The notes: generated by a model not told the origin, from the letters alone. Positions 51,810-64,000 are shown, counted from the stretch's first letter. The stretch: 64,000 bases of DNA from Lingula anatina (GCA_051362555.1 CM120647.1:18886651-18950650); one strand, 5' to 3'. Numbers and translations: made by a program.

Positions 51810-54800
51810 TGTTTTCATAGATATTTCAACAACTTCATGTACATTTATAACCATGGCACATCCTATCCAAAACTATATATAAGTTCTATATTTTTTCTGT
51901 AACAAATGATGATGTCGGATTTTTTCAATGATAAAGAAGCCAACATCAATGTCGTTTTGAGGGATTGCTTGAATACCATACCTCTGCAGTATTCTATGCA
52001 CAGTAAACTGTTCATGAGCCTTGGGTGCAAAACTTTTGCCTGGTAGGACGACGGCTTGGTGTAACAGCCATCGAAACCTAAGAAAAATGGAGTATGTTCA
52101 GCCATTGGTTGAGCATTTCATATGACCCGTGTTTGCGTGTGCATTCAGCGTATAAGTCAATTATTCCCTAGTTTTCTTATAACGTGCAGGAGAAGCCAGG
52201 ATATAAAAAATCCAAAACAGTCATATCTATTTATTGATGGTTTTCTTTTAACCTTTGATAAAGACTTTTTATGCAGGGCATGATCGATTGCAATAATTAT
52301 TTAAATGTCCTTAATACTTTCCATTCATTATCATGCTTTTTATCGAGAAAAGTGAGAAAAAAGAGACTCATACATTTCTACTAAGCCATTGTAACATTAA
52401 GCGGTATACTTACCTGGACCGGCCCATTTTGAGATATTGACAACCAAATAGCCTTATCAATAAGTTGTACAACTACTTGTTTTTATATAATTGGGTCATC
52501 TAAGCAGAGCTCCTTGCACTCGTCAAGGTCATCTGATCACCTTAACTTAACAATTGGACGCAAACTCGCAGAGAAATTGTGAAAGGAGGTAAAACCTCCT
52601 GTAGCGTAGGTGCACTGTACATGTGAGGACCTGTCAAAGTGGACCGATCCAGTAAAGCATACCGCTGGATGCTACGAGAGCCATAGGCCCCCTTCCCAAC
52701 CCTAGATCGATCTAACAGGATCGACCCATCTTCGAGGGGTTTCTCGCTAAATTGCTTTCAGCTTTGGCAGCTTAGTTGTCTGGCATGCCTACTGAAGCTG
52801 TTAAATAATAATTAATTGCACCTTAGATAACAACTTCAGTAGGCGTTCTAGTCATCAGGGCTGCTTAAGCTGAAAGCAATTTAGCGAGAAACTTATTTAC
52901 TTATTTAAAATTAATCCTTACCGTAACTCGTCTCACAAAGAGCTGACCCGGCATTGGAAGTCAGTTGTGTATTAACTTGCGTCCAGTTAGCAAGCCTCTT
53001 ATAAACTACTTTCACTTTCAGCGCCGTTTTCGGATTTCCGCTATCCCAGTTGGTGTACTTAAGAAAGGAACCATCTGCAGCAGTGAAGTCGAGGCTGTAA
53101 GACGGATCAAACAGCCCACACAATACGTTTGCTGAGGAAGCTGTACTGTTGAACTATAAGTATATAGTAGAATTTTATAAAAAGGTTTACTGTTTAAATT
53201 TTTCTTAACTAAAAAATTAAGAGATCGATGATTAACAAACGTGCTGCCCCGGTATGTCTCTGTTAAGTCAAAGTAAAAATTAAATAAATAGAAAAGGGAC
53301 CCTAAAACAGCATTATCATTTTATTTTGGTAATATTTTATTACATTAATATTTGTAATCCATTTTAAAACTCAACCAACTTAAATTTTCCATGACTTATT
53401 TATTTTTATACACTTATCAACTCGTATTCACATGACTAAATCCCGTTACCAAGCACTATACAACATTTTAACAATGGCGAGTATTTTTACACTTAGTTTA
53501 TTTTAATAATCTAATTCATATACATGTATCTTCAAACTCACCGTAATAATATCGTTGACGTGATCCTTTTCTTCTTGTGCGTTGATGACATTCAGATACC
53601 CCCCGCTGTCAACACACTGTCGCCAATAATCCCACGTGTGGGACTCACCGAATATAAACTTGTAGCAACTGCCATGGAAGCCGTAAGACCAGCCCGCCGG
53701 ACACACAGTACTGTCAGATGTGGGGCCTGTGTAAATGAATTAAAAGAAAAAGAAATGAAGAACTCATTGCGGCATAGATTAAAAGCAGCTGCGCGACGCA
53801 CTCAAATTTACAATTGCTGAAGTAAACGAAAATGTGATAAAATACACATCGAGAAAAATCTGGTGGAGGGTACTGCTCCGTATTACGTCTATGACCTCAC
53901 CGAGGATGGATCGATCCAAAATTCAACGACAACAACAACAAAAATAATCATAAGGATGATAACGACGATGGTGGTTGTAATGGAATAATGTTTATTCGCA
54001 ACTTTAAATAGCTCAACGACGTAATATTAATCAATGTTGAAGACGTAATAAGAGCTAAGTACCAATAATCAATAATAGTGCTTATAATACAATGTCATAT
54101 TTCAACGTATTAAATCCTACAATGCTTGACTCCTTTTAAGGTAAAAGTTGAATACTCTGCAGCAGACAGTCATGACCTTGCTTGACCTACAGGTAAGTAC
54201 ATAAGCGGGACAAGCTAGTTGGATAAACAAATAATGGTGTGTGTATGTTGTGTATTTTCTGGTTCCTGGACTCAATAAAACGATATCCAGTACGTGATTC
54301 ATGAAACACGGGCGTGACATTATATTGATCTACATTAATTATAAATGCAATCAATGGGAATTAAGTCAAGTTGGAGGGTGTAACGTAAAGTAATCCATCA
54401 AGCATCTGTTGCCCCCTGGAACCGTATACCACAAATATAGTTCTTAAGATTGACGATTTCATTGTTATCAAGCATAGGGTGATGAAGTCCTTCGGCTATT
54501 TATATCAGAAAGGAGTGTTTAATTACTCAAAATATTGGATCTTTAATGCAGTATTTTACGCTTCTGTTAACCCAAAGAGGTGGGTGCAAAACGCAAGCTT
54601 ATCGCTCTCACTGATGTCACTTGTTATTGGGTGAGGTGTTTTGATTCATGGCGCCAACTTAACGGACGCCCCAGGTCTCAATACCGGTATGATGATGCTG
54701 ACGACGATTGTTTTGTTTGTATTGACGATTGTTTTGTTCGTATGATATGTCATGCCTGGCGAGATGTACTCATGACATATCATACAAACCAATACTCAGC

Positions 54801-57800
54801 ATTGCTTGACTTGCCTCTCTTCCCTCTTTTTATATTTCTTTGTCATAGCCTATTATGACTCTGTGTTATTAATCAAATGTACATTTATTTTATATCATAT
54901 TTACAAGTATTTTCCTTAGTGTGTGGCTGGTGCGTGGAAGGTGTCTTTGACTATCATTGTGTCCTAAATGTGTACCATCGCACAAAATAATGTCCCACAT
55001 AATAATAATAATAATAATAATAATAATATGTACCTTTATTCTTTGTGTATTGAAGGAGATTGCAAGAATGAGAACCTAGAGAAATAAAACAATAAAAAAA
55101 TGCACTGAATCGGCCTTTCCAGTTACAGCTGCCTAATGTTTAACAGGGTAGGGTTAGCCACTGTTTTTAGGTGTAATAATGTTAAGTGAAACCCAAGCTG
55201 TGGGTGGTGTTAACGTAATGTGCATTTATCTTAGCCCTACAGTTGCATACTGTAGTTCAAATGGTGTGTAGAAATTTTCCGAGGTTGCAAAATGCGTAAT
55301 TCGCATGTTTATTTGGTTGCAAGATGTGCTGCGTTTGCAAAATGCGTTTGCCTGCAAGATGCGCTCTACAAAGCTTACTTTTGGTGAGTCTTTGATAAAA
55401 ACAGTCCATAAAATGACTGATTGATATTTTTTCAAGTGGGTGGTATTTTCGCTATTTAAGTACAAATATTTACTAAATACTTACCACTAGCTGTTGTAGC
55501 AGCCACGCCCGTTGTCACTGCTGCTGACGTAACAGGTTGATTTGTTGTTGTTACTTCCGAGGTCGTTGCAGCTGCAGATCCTGTTATTTAGAAAAAAAAT
55601 GTTTTACTGGACATTACATAAAGCGTGCAGCATCGATAATTAAAATAAACAAAGGGAATGTAATTATGTACTAAACTTTATATGCCGAGATAAGTTTTTA
55701 TTTTATTTTATTTTATTTTTTTGTGAGACACTGAGGAAACCCAAACTTAAACTATTCAAAGCAGTCTCCAAAAACAGTAAATGCCATACTTAAGATAAAC
55801 ATGGCTGTGATCTTTGTCATTGCACGCTGCCTACTAATACCCACCAGCACTTGTAGTGGTGCCCACTGCCGTAACCCCAGCTGTTGTTGTTAACGCAGTG
55901 GTTGTTTGAACAGGTTGGGTTGTCGTCATCGCGGTTGTTGTTGTTGTCGTTGCCTCCGTTGTTGTTGTTGTCGTTGCTTCCGTCGTTGTTGTTGGTGATG
56001 TTGTTGTTGCTTCTGTTGTTGTTGATGTTGTTGTTGCCTCGGTTGTTGTTGATGTTGTTGTTGCCTCAGTTGTTGTTGATGTTGTTGTTGCCTCGGTTGT
56101 TGTTGTTGTCGTTGCCTCCGTCGTTGTTGTTGTTGTCGTTGCTTCCGTCGTTGTTGTTGTTGATGTTGTTGTTGCCTCGGTTGTTGTTGATGTTGTTGTT
56201 GCCTCGGTTGTTGTTGTTGGTGTTGTTGAAGTTGTTGATGTGATCGGCGGAGGTAAGGCTGGTCAAAAAAGCAATAATGACATAAGCCAACAGGATTATA
56301 TGCTCGACATAATTCCTTACAAAAGTGACAATTTCTATTGCCTGAGTGGCAACAAGACGTGAATTACTAACTCATTTACTGATCCCATTTCCTGGTACAA
56401 TAATAAAGGTTCTGTATTGTGTATTTTGTCTTCCAAAAGATGTTGTCAATAATATGAAGTTTTGAGCCACTTTCTAAGTATTTCACTGCATTTTGACATT
56501 TAACTTCAGAAAAAATCGAAATTATTCACACGATATGCAGTATTTTTGTTACAGGTATAACAGAGAAAAATACTGGGACATAAAGTGACTACGAAGAGCA
56601 AAAGGCGCCACGAAAGGAAGGGATGTTATGGAAACGCTCATACACTATGATTTTTGGCAGGATTCTTATGTACTTTTAACCCTCAATCACCTTTCAGGGG
56701 CCTCGCAGGCCCGGACCCATGCATCTTTTGCTCTCTCTTCATTAGCATGAGGTTTTGAGCCTGTTCCTTTCATGTAATCCTCAAGCAACTTATACCCCAT
56801 CAGTGGATAAATAATTAGTTTTGAAATAATTTACAACATATGTAGAAATTAACTTTTCCAAAAGTTAGTCCCATTTCCTGGAAACCGGGCCTCTGAGGCC
56901 CGGTCGCTTGATAATTTTACTTCCACATGGGATAAATAAGTCCATGTTACCTCAAATAGCTTTGCTATAAAATGTTTTACACAAGCAATATCATGTGTGC
57001 TATGACTATCAGTATGGTCAATGAAATCTGCCTGTGAAAGATTCAAGACCTGGAGAAATTATTATTTATGAGTAATCGGTCACCTTGTATGGTCACCTGA
57101 TATGCAGATATCAGTTTAAATCTATCATTATTACATACCTGATAGACTGCGCTACCTTTGCGAAACTTTCCATTTTGAGAAAAAAACCACGTTTTTCCGC
57201 ATTTTCCATACACAGTGTATACTCATGCACCCAGGTGGAGGTAAAGCGAGCAAGGGACTGGTCTAACATGAAAATCTGACTCCCCATGAAAATTTGACTC
57301 CCCCTCCACAAATGTTCATAAATCTTATTTTATTTGAGTATATGACTGTGATATTGTAGTATGTAAAATGGAGGATACTTTGGCACTTTTTTTTAAGTTT
57401 GCAGGTGAATATTTTCATGAAAAAAAATATGAAAATTAAAAATGTGCACTTAACCGCCCATTGTTACCCTAGGTTCTAGATTCCGGTATTGCCAGCTCGG
57501 TCTTGATTTCATATATAACCCATATCAACAATACCTAGTAAAAGCGACTCCATCACAAGGTATATATTTAACAAGCTAGCTTTTACGTTGCTCTGACACT
57601 CAGGGTACCCATTGTCTCCCCTTTGAAAAAGCTATTTATTTGATATTGGATGATCATTTCTACATCTTTCCGTTAAATTTACTTCATGAAGATTATATTG
57701 GAAATATTTGAAAGTTTGATGGTAAACTATTGGGTGAAAAAACTAAAAAAAAACATGAAAAATAGAAAATTAAAAATGTGCATTTTATCACCAAATAACT

Positions 57801-60800
57801 CCCCTATGAAAAAGCTATTTATTTGATATTTGATGATCAATCTGACTTCTTTTCTATTAGGATACTTTATGAAAAATATAATGGAAATATTTAAAAGTTT
57901 GATGATTAAATAGTGAGTGAAAGAATGAAAAATAAATCATGAAAATCTTCATTTTTATACCCATGAGATTTGGATTCCCATAAAGAATTAAAGGACCTAT
58001 TTTATATTCAGTCACCATACCATTGTTTTTCTACATAGTTTGCACAGAGATATACTTTTTGTTATTATTTGAAAGTTTGGTGGTGAAAATTTTGGTGAAT
58101 ATTTTTAAAACAAGTATTCATCTTACTACCTGTAGGTTTTGGACTTCCATGTCAAAATGCTACATTTTTAACTCAGGAAATTGGCCCCATCGCCTTTTTA
58201 CTGAATTATTCTTATATAGCATACCCAGTATTTTACCATTCAAACTTTCAAATATTTCCAATATATTCTTCATTAAGTATCCTTAAAGAAAAGATGTCAG
58301 AATGATCATCAAATATCAAATAAATAGCTTTTTCATAGGGGGGTCATTGGGTGTTAGAATATAAATCTTTAATTTTTCTTATTTTTAATGTGTTTTATTT
58401 ATTATTATTATTTTCACCCATTTTTTTAACCATTAAACTTTCAAGTACTTTCAATATATTCCTCATAAAGTATCCTCAAAGAAAAGATGTCAGAATGATC
58501 ATCAAATATCAAATAAATAGCTTTTTCATAGGGGGGTCATTGGGTGTTAGAATATAAATCTTTAATTTTTCTTATTTTTTAATGTGTTTTTTTTTATTAT
58601 TATTTTCACCCAATTTTTTAACCATTAAACTTTCAAGTACTTTCAATATATTCCTCATAAAGTATCCTCAAAGAAAAGATGTTGAAATGGTCATCAAATG
58701 TCCTTGGGTGGTAAAATATAAATCTTTAATTTTTTTATTTTTTCATGAAAATTTTCACCTGCAAACTAACAAAAAGTGCCAATGTGTCCTCCATTATGCA
58801 TACTACAATATCATAGTCATTTACTCAAATTAAATTAGATTTTTGAATGTTTTTTTGGGGGGAGTCAGATTTACATGGTGGCCTCTGAGGCCCGGTTTCA
58901 GGGTTTACGTAGGGTTCCATTTCCTTGTGGATGAGGGTTAAAATAGGAACTCGTTATAAAAACCTTGTCTTGTTATAACGACTTTAGGCGGCATGTCAAT
59001 AAATAAATAAATATATAAATAAGTAATTAAGTAAATAGATAAACCAAAAATCAAACTAACAAGTGAATGAATAAATAAATGAATAAATACATTAATAATA
59101 AAGATTTTGGATCTGTTCAAATGTATCTTTTCAAATATACATTACACACACTGGACAAAAGGAGTGTCATCCCCTGAATCAGAGTAATCAAAGTTATTAA
59201 CCTGAAGAGGTGGAATATAAGCAATGTCAGAATATCGATACAGTTGAATTGTTCAGTCAGAACCGTTTCTTTTGTGAAATTTGATGTTAATAAAATGATA
59301 CCAGGAGCATATCATTCCACAGTCATTTATCTCCCCCAAAGTATTGGTTCAGTAGGGGTGACACTTTTATTGTCCATTGTGTGTACAATAACAAGAAAAA
59401 AGGTACAATGACGTGGGTAATTTTTCAATAGGTACCAAAATGTGGCCGTGGCGATAAAAAAGCTTTGCATTTACATACCCAGCACACACAGTGAGTTATT
59501 ATAACGGTATCAACGTTTATATAACCAAACAAACAAACAACAACAAAAAATAATAATAAATAAATAAAAACGTTATGATAATCGTATGGTAACTTTATAA
59601 AACGTTCTGTGTTTGCTTGGTAAAGTAAAAAAAAAACTTACCAGAATAGTCCTGGTTCAAACAGTTGGTACGATAGGTATTTAGGTCAGCTGTCGTGAGA
59701 ACTTGGTCGAATATGTGAAGACAGCTGATAGAACCCAACATGCCTTGTGGAATGGACTCACAACTTCCAGTATACTGCCTGCCTGGGTAATGAATAGAAC
59801 GCAAACGCAAACCGAGTCAGAATCATTTAAATCATTAAAGTAGAGAAAAAAGGGAAAAAAAAGAATCGCTGAAACAAGGCAACGAGCAATTTTTCAATAC
59901 CTGTATGTCTGCTTTTCTTCTCCTTTAAAGTGCTTTACAACACAGTGTAAAGCAATACAATAAATGGTACGTTTACGGATCTACTTTGAATTGTTCAGTT
60001 ACAGTTTACAATTAAATGATTCCTAATAAAGATTAATAAAATACAATTCTAAATCATTAAAGCACAGCTAAGAATGTACTACTTGAAATAGGGTTCAGTG
60101 AGAGGAAATATGACTCGTGGTCTTGAATTCTACCACATACGCAACACAATACAATATAATCCAGTCTAATCCAATCCAATACAGTACAATGCAACGTAAC
60201 GCAAGACAATGCAACGCTACGCAACGCCACACAATACAACAAATACAACACAACACAATACAATACAATACAATACAATACAATACAATCAAACTCACCA
60301 AGCCGTATGTTCCCCGATGACAGAAAAGGCCCAGGAAGCCCGTCGTGTGTCACGGAAGTATCTAAGGCGTTTGGACGGTCGTAGTACATGACCATGGTTT
60401 GAATAGGCATGTCATATGTGACTGCAAACCACGATTTCGTCGACCATACGACAGTTTGCCCTAAAATGATTCGTGTATATTGTAACAACAAAATAATTTG
60501 TCAAAAACATGATTGCTTTGGCACCAACAATTGATGGACAAAAAGAAGCCTTTTTATGCACCCATCAAAAATTGTAACGCACATATAATAACAAATATTT
60601 ACATTAGTTTCCTGCTGTGTGTGCCAAATGCAAGACAATTATTTTTTCTCTTTTTTACTGATATAAACCTACAATTTTTGCCTGTTAAGTAGGTCATTTA
60701 ATGAAGTAGGGTAAATGAGCTTGACTTTATGAATGCTGGCATACACAGGATAATAGTTTTTAGTTTATATTACTTTCTTTTAAATTGTATCTAATGTATT

Positions 60801-61654
60801 TGCTTATAAAAAAAGCAATTCGTTTTTGAAGAGAATAAATGCTTTTTCTATGAATAGCGTTTTGCCCCCTTCAAAACTCTTTACATTTTATCCTATAAGT
60901 TTACAGATAGTATGCGTTTAAAGAAGGCGCCTTTCTTACCAGGGGTCTGTGTATTTTTTGGGCAAGTTTGGCTTGCCGTTACTGCGGTGACCGTATACTT
61001 CCCATTGGAAACGGATATCGCAAAGCCTCCGTCATAATCAAAGATGACGATGCCGCTTTTGTCGTCGATTTCCGTAAGTTTTAACTGAACTAAAACAAGA
61101 CAACAAGACACGTACTGCAAGTTTGAGAAACACGATATCCTCGAGACATTTATATAGCAACATTTTATTTTTTCACTGGAATTGCCGTTCTCTTTTCCAA
61201 ACCATATTGATGGTTTCGATTCAAGCACCTGTCTTTGAATAACAAGAATCATTTCTTTAGTTATTATTGCCATGGCGATGGATTATGATTAATTTCTATT
61301 GAATTTGTATCATTACGAATACTGTTGTACAGTACTCGTAGGTAAACATTTAAGGTCCATTTGCAAACAGAGAAGTCAAATTAATTCCTATATATAAAGA
61401 GAAGCTTTAAAAGGGCGAATTGGTGTATCAAATAAAACTATACTTACACAAAATTGTAAAAGACCCACTTAACTGATACCTCCCATCATTTGTCATCTCT
61501 ACGTATGCATCATTGTTTGCTAAGTCAACCATAGATGTCGTCGAAGAGGCCGTGGCCCCATTATGGAAAATGGCGTCAATTCCGTTTCCGCTCTTTTCCA
61601 ATGATTGAGTATTTTCGTTAAGTGGCCAATAGGCTAGCAATGAGGAGCTTGTTC
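43876..61654 (-). CDS. Gene 2B: paralog of 2A, 5'-partial, about 1090 aa (LamG/pentraxin-like head, Thr-rich stalk, CTLD, WSC, fibrinogen-N-like module, FA58C, WSC, 3x CCP); 21 coding exons seen
   Basis: Exons on -: 61654-61448, 61089-60940, 60460-60299, 59782-59642, 56258-55845, 55580-55485, 53726-53542, 53153-52922, 52077-51982, 51702-51544, 51124-50999, 50617-50521, 50352-50249, 49800-49703, 49524-49368, 48852-48703, 46117-45986, 45697-45512, 45176-44985, 44485-44303, 43880-43876. The last 15 match the lengths of the 2A exons exactly and are open. Head motifs LLAYWPLNE..SGNG, SFTIL, WFAVTYD, NIRLG and GSISCLHIFDQVLT fit the Laminin_G_3/pentraxin fold. The start/signal exon is unresolved. 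Confidence 0.8.
46217..48089. mobile_element. Foldback (FB/MULE-like) element with modular repetitive inverted arms, specific to copy B
   Basis: Termini ACCCC(T/G)GTGAAGTTGATTCCTGG and a 9-bp TSD AAATTTGAC (46208-46216 and 48090-48098). Arms are ~190-210 bp tandem units rich in TTATTCGGTTAC/TTATTCC around a unique core (about 47105-47560). The empty site is in copy A near 24917-24925. Confidence 0.88.
55845..56258 (-). repeat. Coding tandem repeat: mucin-like TTTTEA/TTTS units (2B stalk)
   Basis: 414-nt phase-1/phase-1 exon of ACAACAACCGAGGCA-type repeats reading ALPPPITSTTSTTPTTTTEATTTSTTTEA. Confidence 0.88.
56680..58937. mobile_element. Non-autonomous piggyBac-like element with internal foldback arms, copy 2
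   Basis: Same termini and TTAA TSD as 36166-38223, highly similar internally, but different flanking sequence. Confidence 0.8.
57465..57607. mobile_element. hAT-like MITE (143 bp) nested in piggyBac-like copy 2
   Basis: TACCCT...AGGGTA termini with an 8-bp TSD CCCATTGT (57457-57464 and 57608-57615). The empty site is visible in copy 1 near 36976-36983. Confidence 0.8.
59145..59383. mobile_element. Tc1/mariner-type MITE
   Basis: TA-CACACACTGGACAAAAGGAGTGTCATCCCCT ... AGGGGTGACACTTTTATTGTCCATTGTGTG-TA. Confidence 0.72.
60142..60289. repeat. Degenerate (CAATA)n pentanucleotide microsatellite
   Basis: CAATA/CAACA/CAATC units abutting the donor of exon 60460-60299. Confidence 0.85.
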
Positions 61655-62074
61655 CTGTAAAAAAATATAAAAACGTTAATGAAAATAATAAAAAATACAC
61701 CCAAGTGATGAATATAACGCGTGTACTTATTGGTATGTTGAATTAATGAAGCTGGACCTGCATGACCAAATCTCAATTGTAAGTTCACAAACATTAGGCT
61801 TACCACATTTTCGGCTACATCATTAAAATGATATTTTCAGAGATAATTTTACTAACAATCTGTGCTTAGGGGAAATAAGAAGGGCAAATTTATAACCAAA
61901 AGTTGAATGAAGTGCAGTTATATACCGGTATGTACCTGTAAAAATGCCTTAATTAGTACCCAGATAATCACCTTGCCTACTACAGTACAAGTAGAAAGAA
62001 GCACATGCAGGCACACGAGTGGCAATTGATATAAAGATGGAAACAATTAAACAGTTTACTGTATTAATCTGCCT

Positions 62075-63730
62075 TTTTGGAACACAAGAAACATGTGTCT
62101 AAATAGGCCTCTCAAAAACAATAGGCTTGAACTGAGACTGAAACCGTTATTATGTGAAATGCGATATAAAAATCGACCTATACTTTAAACATTTAATCAG
62201 TGTAACATTGTAAGATGAGAGAGTGTCTACATGCAGACCTGGTCTGATCTGATTTACACAAAACCAGACAAAGACACACATTTTTCAAACTCAGCCTTGG
62301 GGCCATCTTTTCATGTCCTTTATTACTTTCTCGCAATAGTATTTCAAAGCAAAATCATTATATCTGGTTTGCGTTTTTATATATTTTTTCAGATGTTTGG
62401 AAGACTTTTTAACTGACATTTAGACCTTCATAATGTGAAATACGTCATAAAAATTGATCCATGCTTTAAAAACATTTAATCAGTTTGATATTGTCAGAAG
62501 AGGAGTGCCCACTGCAGATTGGATATTGATTTTTTTTTGCAAAATCAAACTAGGGCCCACTTTTGTCAAATTCAGCCTTGGGATCATCTTCTTATGTCCA
62601 TAATTACTTCCTCCCAGTGTTACTTCCGATCAAAATCATTATATTTGGTTTGTTTTTATTTACCTGTATCTTTTCCGATTTTTGGAACACGAAAAGCCTG
62701 TGTCTAAATATTTGTAGAAGTTCCCGTTTAGAAAGGGTTCTCAAAAAACAATAGGCTTTAACTAAGATCAAGGCCATTATTAGGGGAAATACGATATAAA
62801 AATGGACATACACTTTAAACAATTATTCAATGTAGCATTGCTAGAAGAGCAGAGTCCACGTGCAGATAAGATGCTGATTTTTATTTTATTATTATTATTA
62901 TTATTTTTTTTTTATTTATTTAGTTACTTCCAAGCAAAACCATTATATTTGGTTTGCTTTTTTATTTACCTATATTTTTTCAGCGTTTTGGAACACAAGA
63001 TGCCTGTGTCTAAATACTTTTAGCAGTCCCCATTAACAACGTTTTTTGCGAAACCAGACTTCGGCCTACATTTCTCAAATTCTGCCTTGAGGTCAGCATT
63101 CCATGTCCGTTATTTCTGCCTCTCAATGTCACTTCCCAGCAAAACCATTATTTTATTTATTTATTTATTTATTTTTGCTAAAATATTTATATATTTTTCA
63201 GTTTTTCAGAACACAAGAAGCATGCGTTTACACATTTGTTGCAGTCCTTGTTTTAAAAAAGGCCTCTCAAAAATTAATTAATTAATTAATTAATTAATTA
63301 ATTAATTTATAAAAAAAAAACATTTGGTTTTAATTGACACTAAGGCTGTATTCCCAGAGCTTTTAGATCGATCTATCCCCGCGGGGAGTCTCACTAGATT
63401 ACTGTCAGATAATCCGGCTTAAATGTCCGTCCCGCCTACTACAAGCTGTAAGGGGGTAATTAACTTTCGTGTCCGCTCGGCTGACAGCTATTTAGCGTGA
63501 ACCCCCAGGGAGTTAGGTCGATCTAAAGTAGATCGATCTAATCTCTGGAAATGGGGTCTTAGGCCATTGTAATGTGAAATATGTACGTCATACAAAATAG
63601 ATCCATGCTTCAAAAACATTTAATCAATATAACCTTGTTAAAAAAGATAATGTTCACATGCAGATTGGCTATTGATCTTTTATTGCCAAACCAGACTTAG
63701 GCCTACATTTTTCAAAGCATGGGGGTCATC
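62075..63730. repeat. Old degenerate tandem array of a ~300-bp unit
   Basis: Recurring TTTTGGAACAC.AGA...TGTGTCTAAATA, CTCAAAAA.CAATAGGCTT, TGTGAAATA and CATTTAATCA motifs near 62077, 62433, 62683, 62989, 63207 and 63573. Confidence 0.65.
63344..63558. mobile_element. Harbinger-like MITE (TAGATCGATCTA family)
   Basis: TAA/TTA flanks; interior closely matches 13524-13712. Confidence 0.72.
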
Positions 63731-64000
63731 TTTACCTTGCAATGCTACTCCCTTGCATTATATTAATAACCAGCATCGGTCACGGTATTTACGGTAGTGT
63801 TGACGTGAAGCTTCACACTGTATGTTATTATAAATTTACCGATAGGGTGTAATAGTGGCAAAGACTGTCAGAAAAGATCTCTGTATCCGCCCCGGCGTAG
63901 TTATATATTTATCGATAGGGAGTAACAGTGGCAACTGTGCGGGGGAGAATTGACACGAGGGAGTTGTTTTGCCGGGAGAGTAACGCTCTGGCGGAGTGAC

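Larger units (their letters stand above)
41220..54493. repeat. Segmental duplication, copy B
   Basis: Direct repeat of 20108-32949 with substitutions and copy-specific transposon insertions. Confidence 0.9.

Noticed and set aside
20108-54493. Duplication is merely two haplotypes assembled in tandem
   Set aside because: Disfavoured because sequence beyond 32949 and 54493 is non-homologous and encodes different head domains, and the junction has a transposon signature. It is not fully excluded without read depth or long reads.
55884-56290. Poly-Leu (+) and poly-Asn (-) ORFs in the track
   Set aside because: They are alternative frames of the Thr-rich stalk exon of 2B. The same applies to the Val-rich and Cys/Gly-rich + ORFs at 33470-34022.
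61700-62060. Signal-peptide or start exon of gene 2B
   Set aside because: Candidate donors near 61804 and 61936 do not give an open phase-1 exon with an ATG, so the start is left unresolved.

Overview
AT-rich, intron-rich animal genomic DNA; the repeat landscape and protein families suggest a marine invertebrate such as a mollusc or other lophotrochozoan, but this is inference. I reconstructed three spliced genes by hand from GT-AG sites and exon phases. (1) A 14-exon + strand gene (7041-21300, 681 aa) encodes a secreted protein of a family I cannot name, with several His motifs. (2, 3) Two convergent - strand paralogs (22574-35830, about 1027 aa, complete; 43876-61654, about 1090 aa, 5'-partial) encode secreted mosaic lectin-like proteins. 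They share a body of Thr-rich stalk, CTLD, WSC, short fibrinogen-N-like module, FA58C, WSC and 3 CCP. Their N-terminal heads are unrelated: an atypical C-type lectin domain in one and a LamG/pentraxin-like domain in the other. The shared body lies in a ~13 kb segmental duplication (about 20108-32949 vs 41220-54493). The duplication also copied the last exon of gene 1, and its junction sits at a Tc1 relic nested in a hAT-like MITE. The rest is non-autonomous DNA transposons (Harbinger-, piggyBac-, Kolobok-, Tc1-, hAT- and MULE/foldback-like) plus mini- and microsatellites. I found no rRNA, tRNA or CRISPR.
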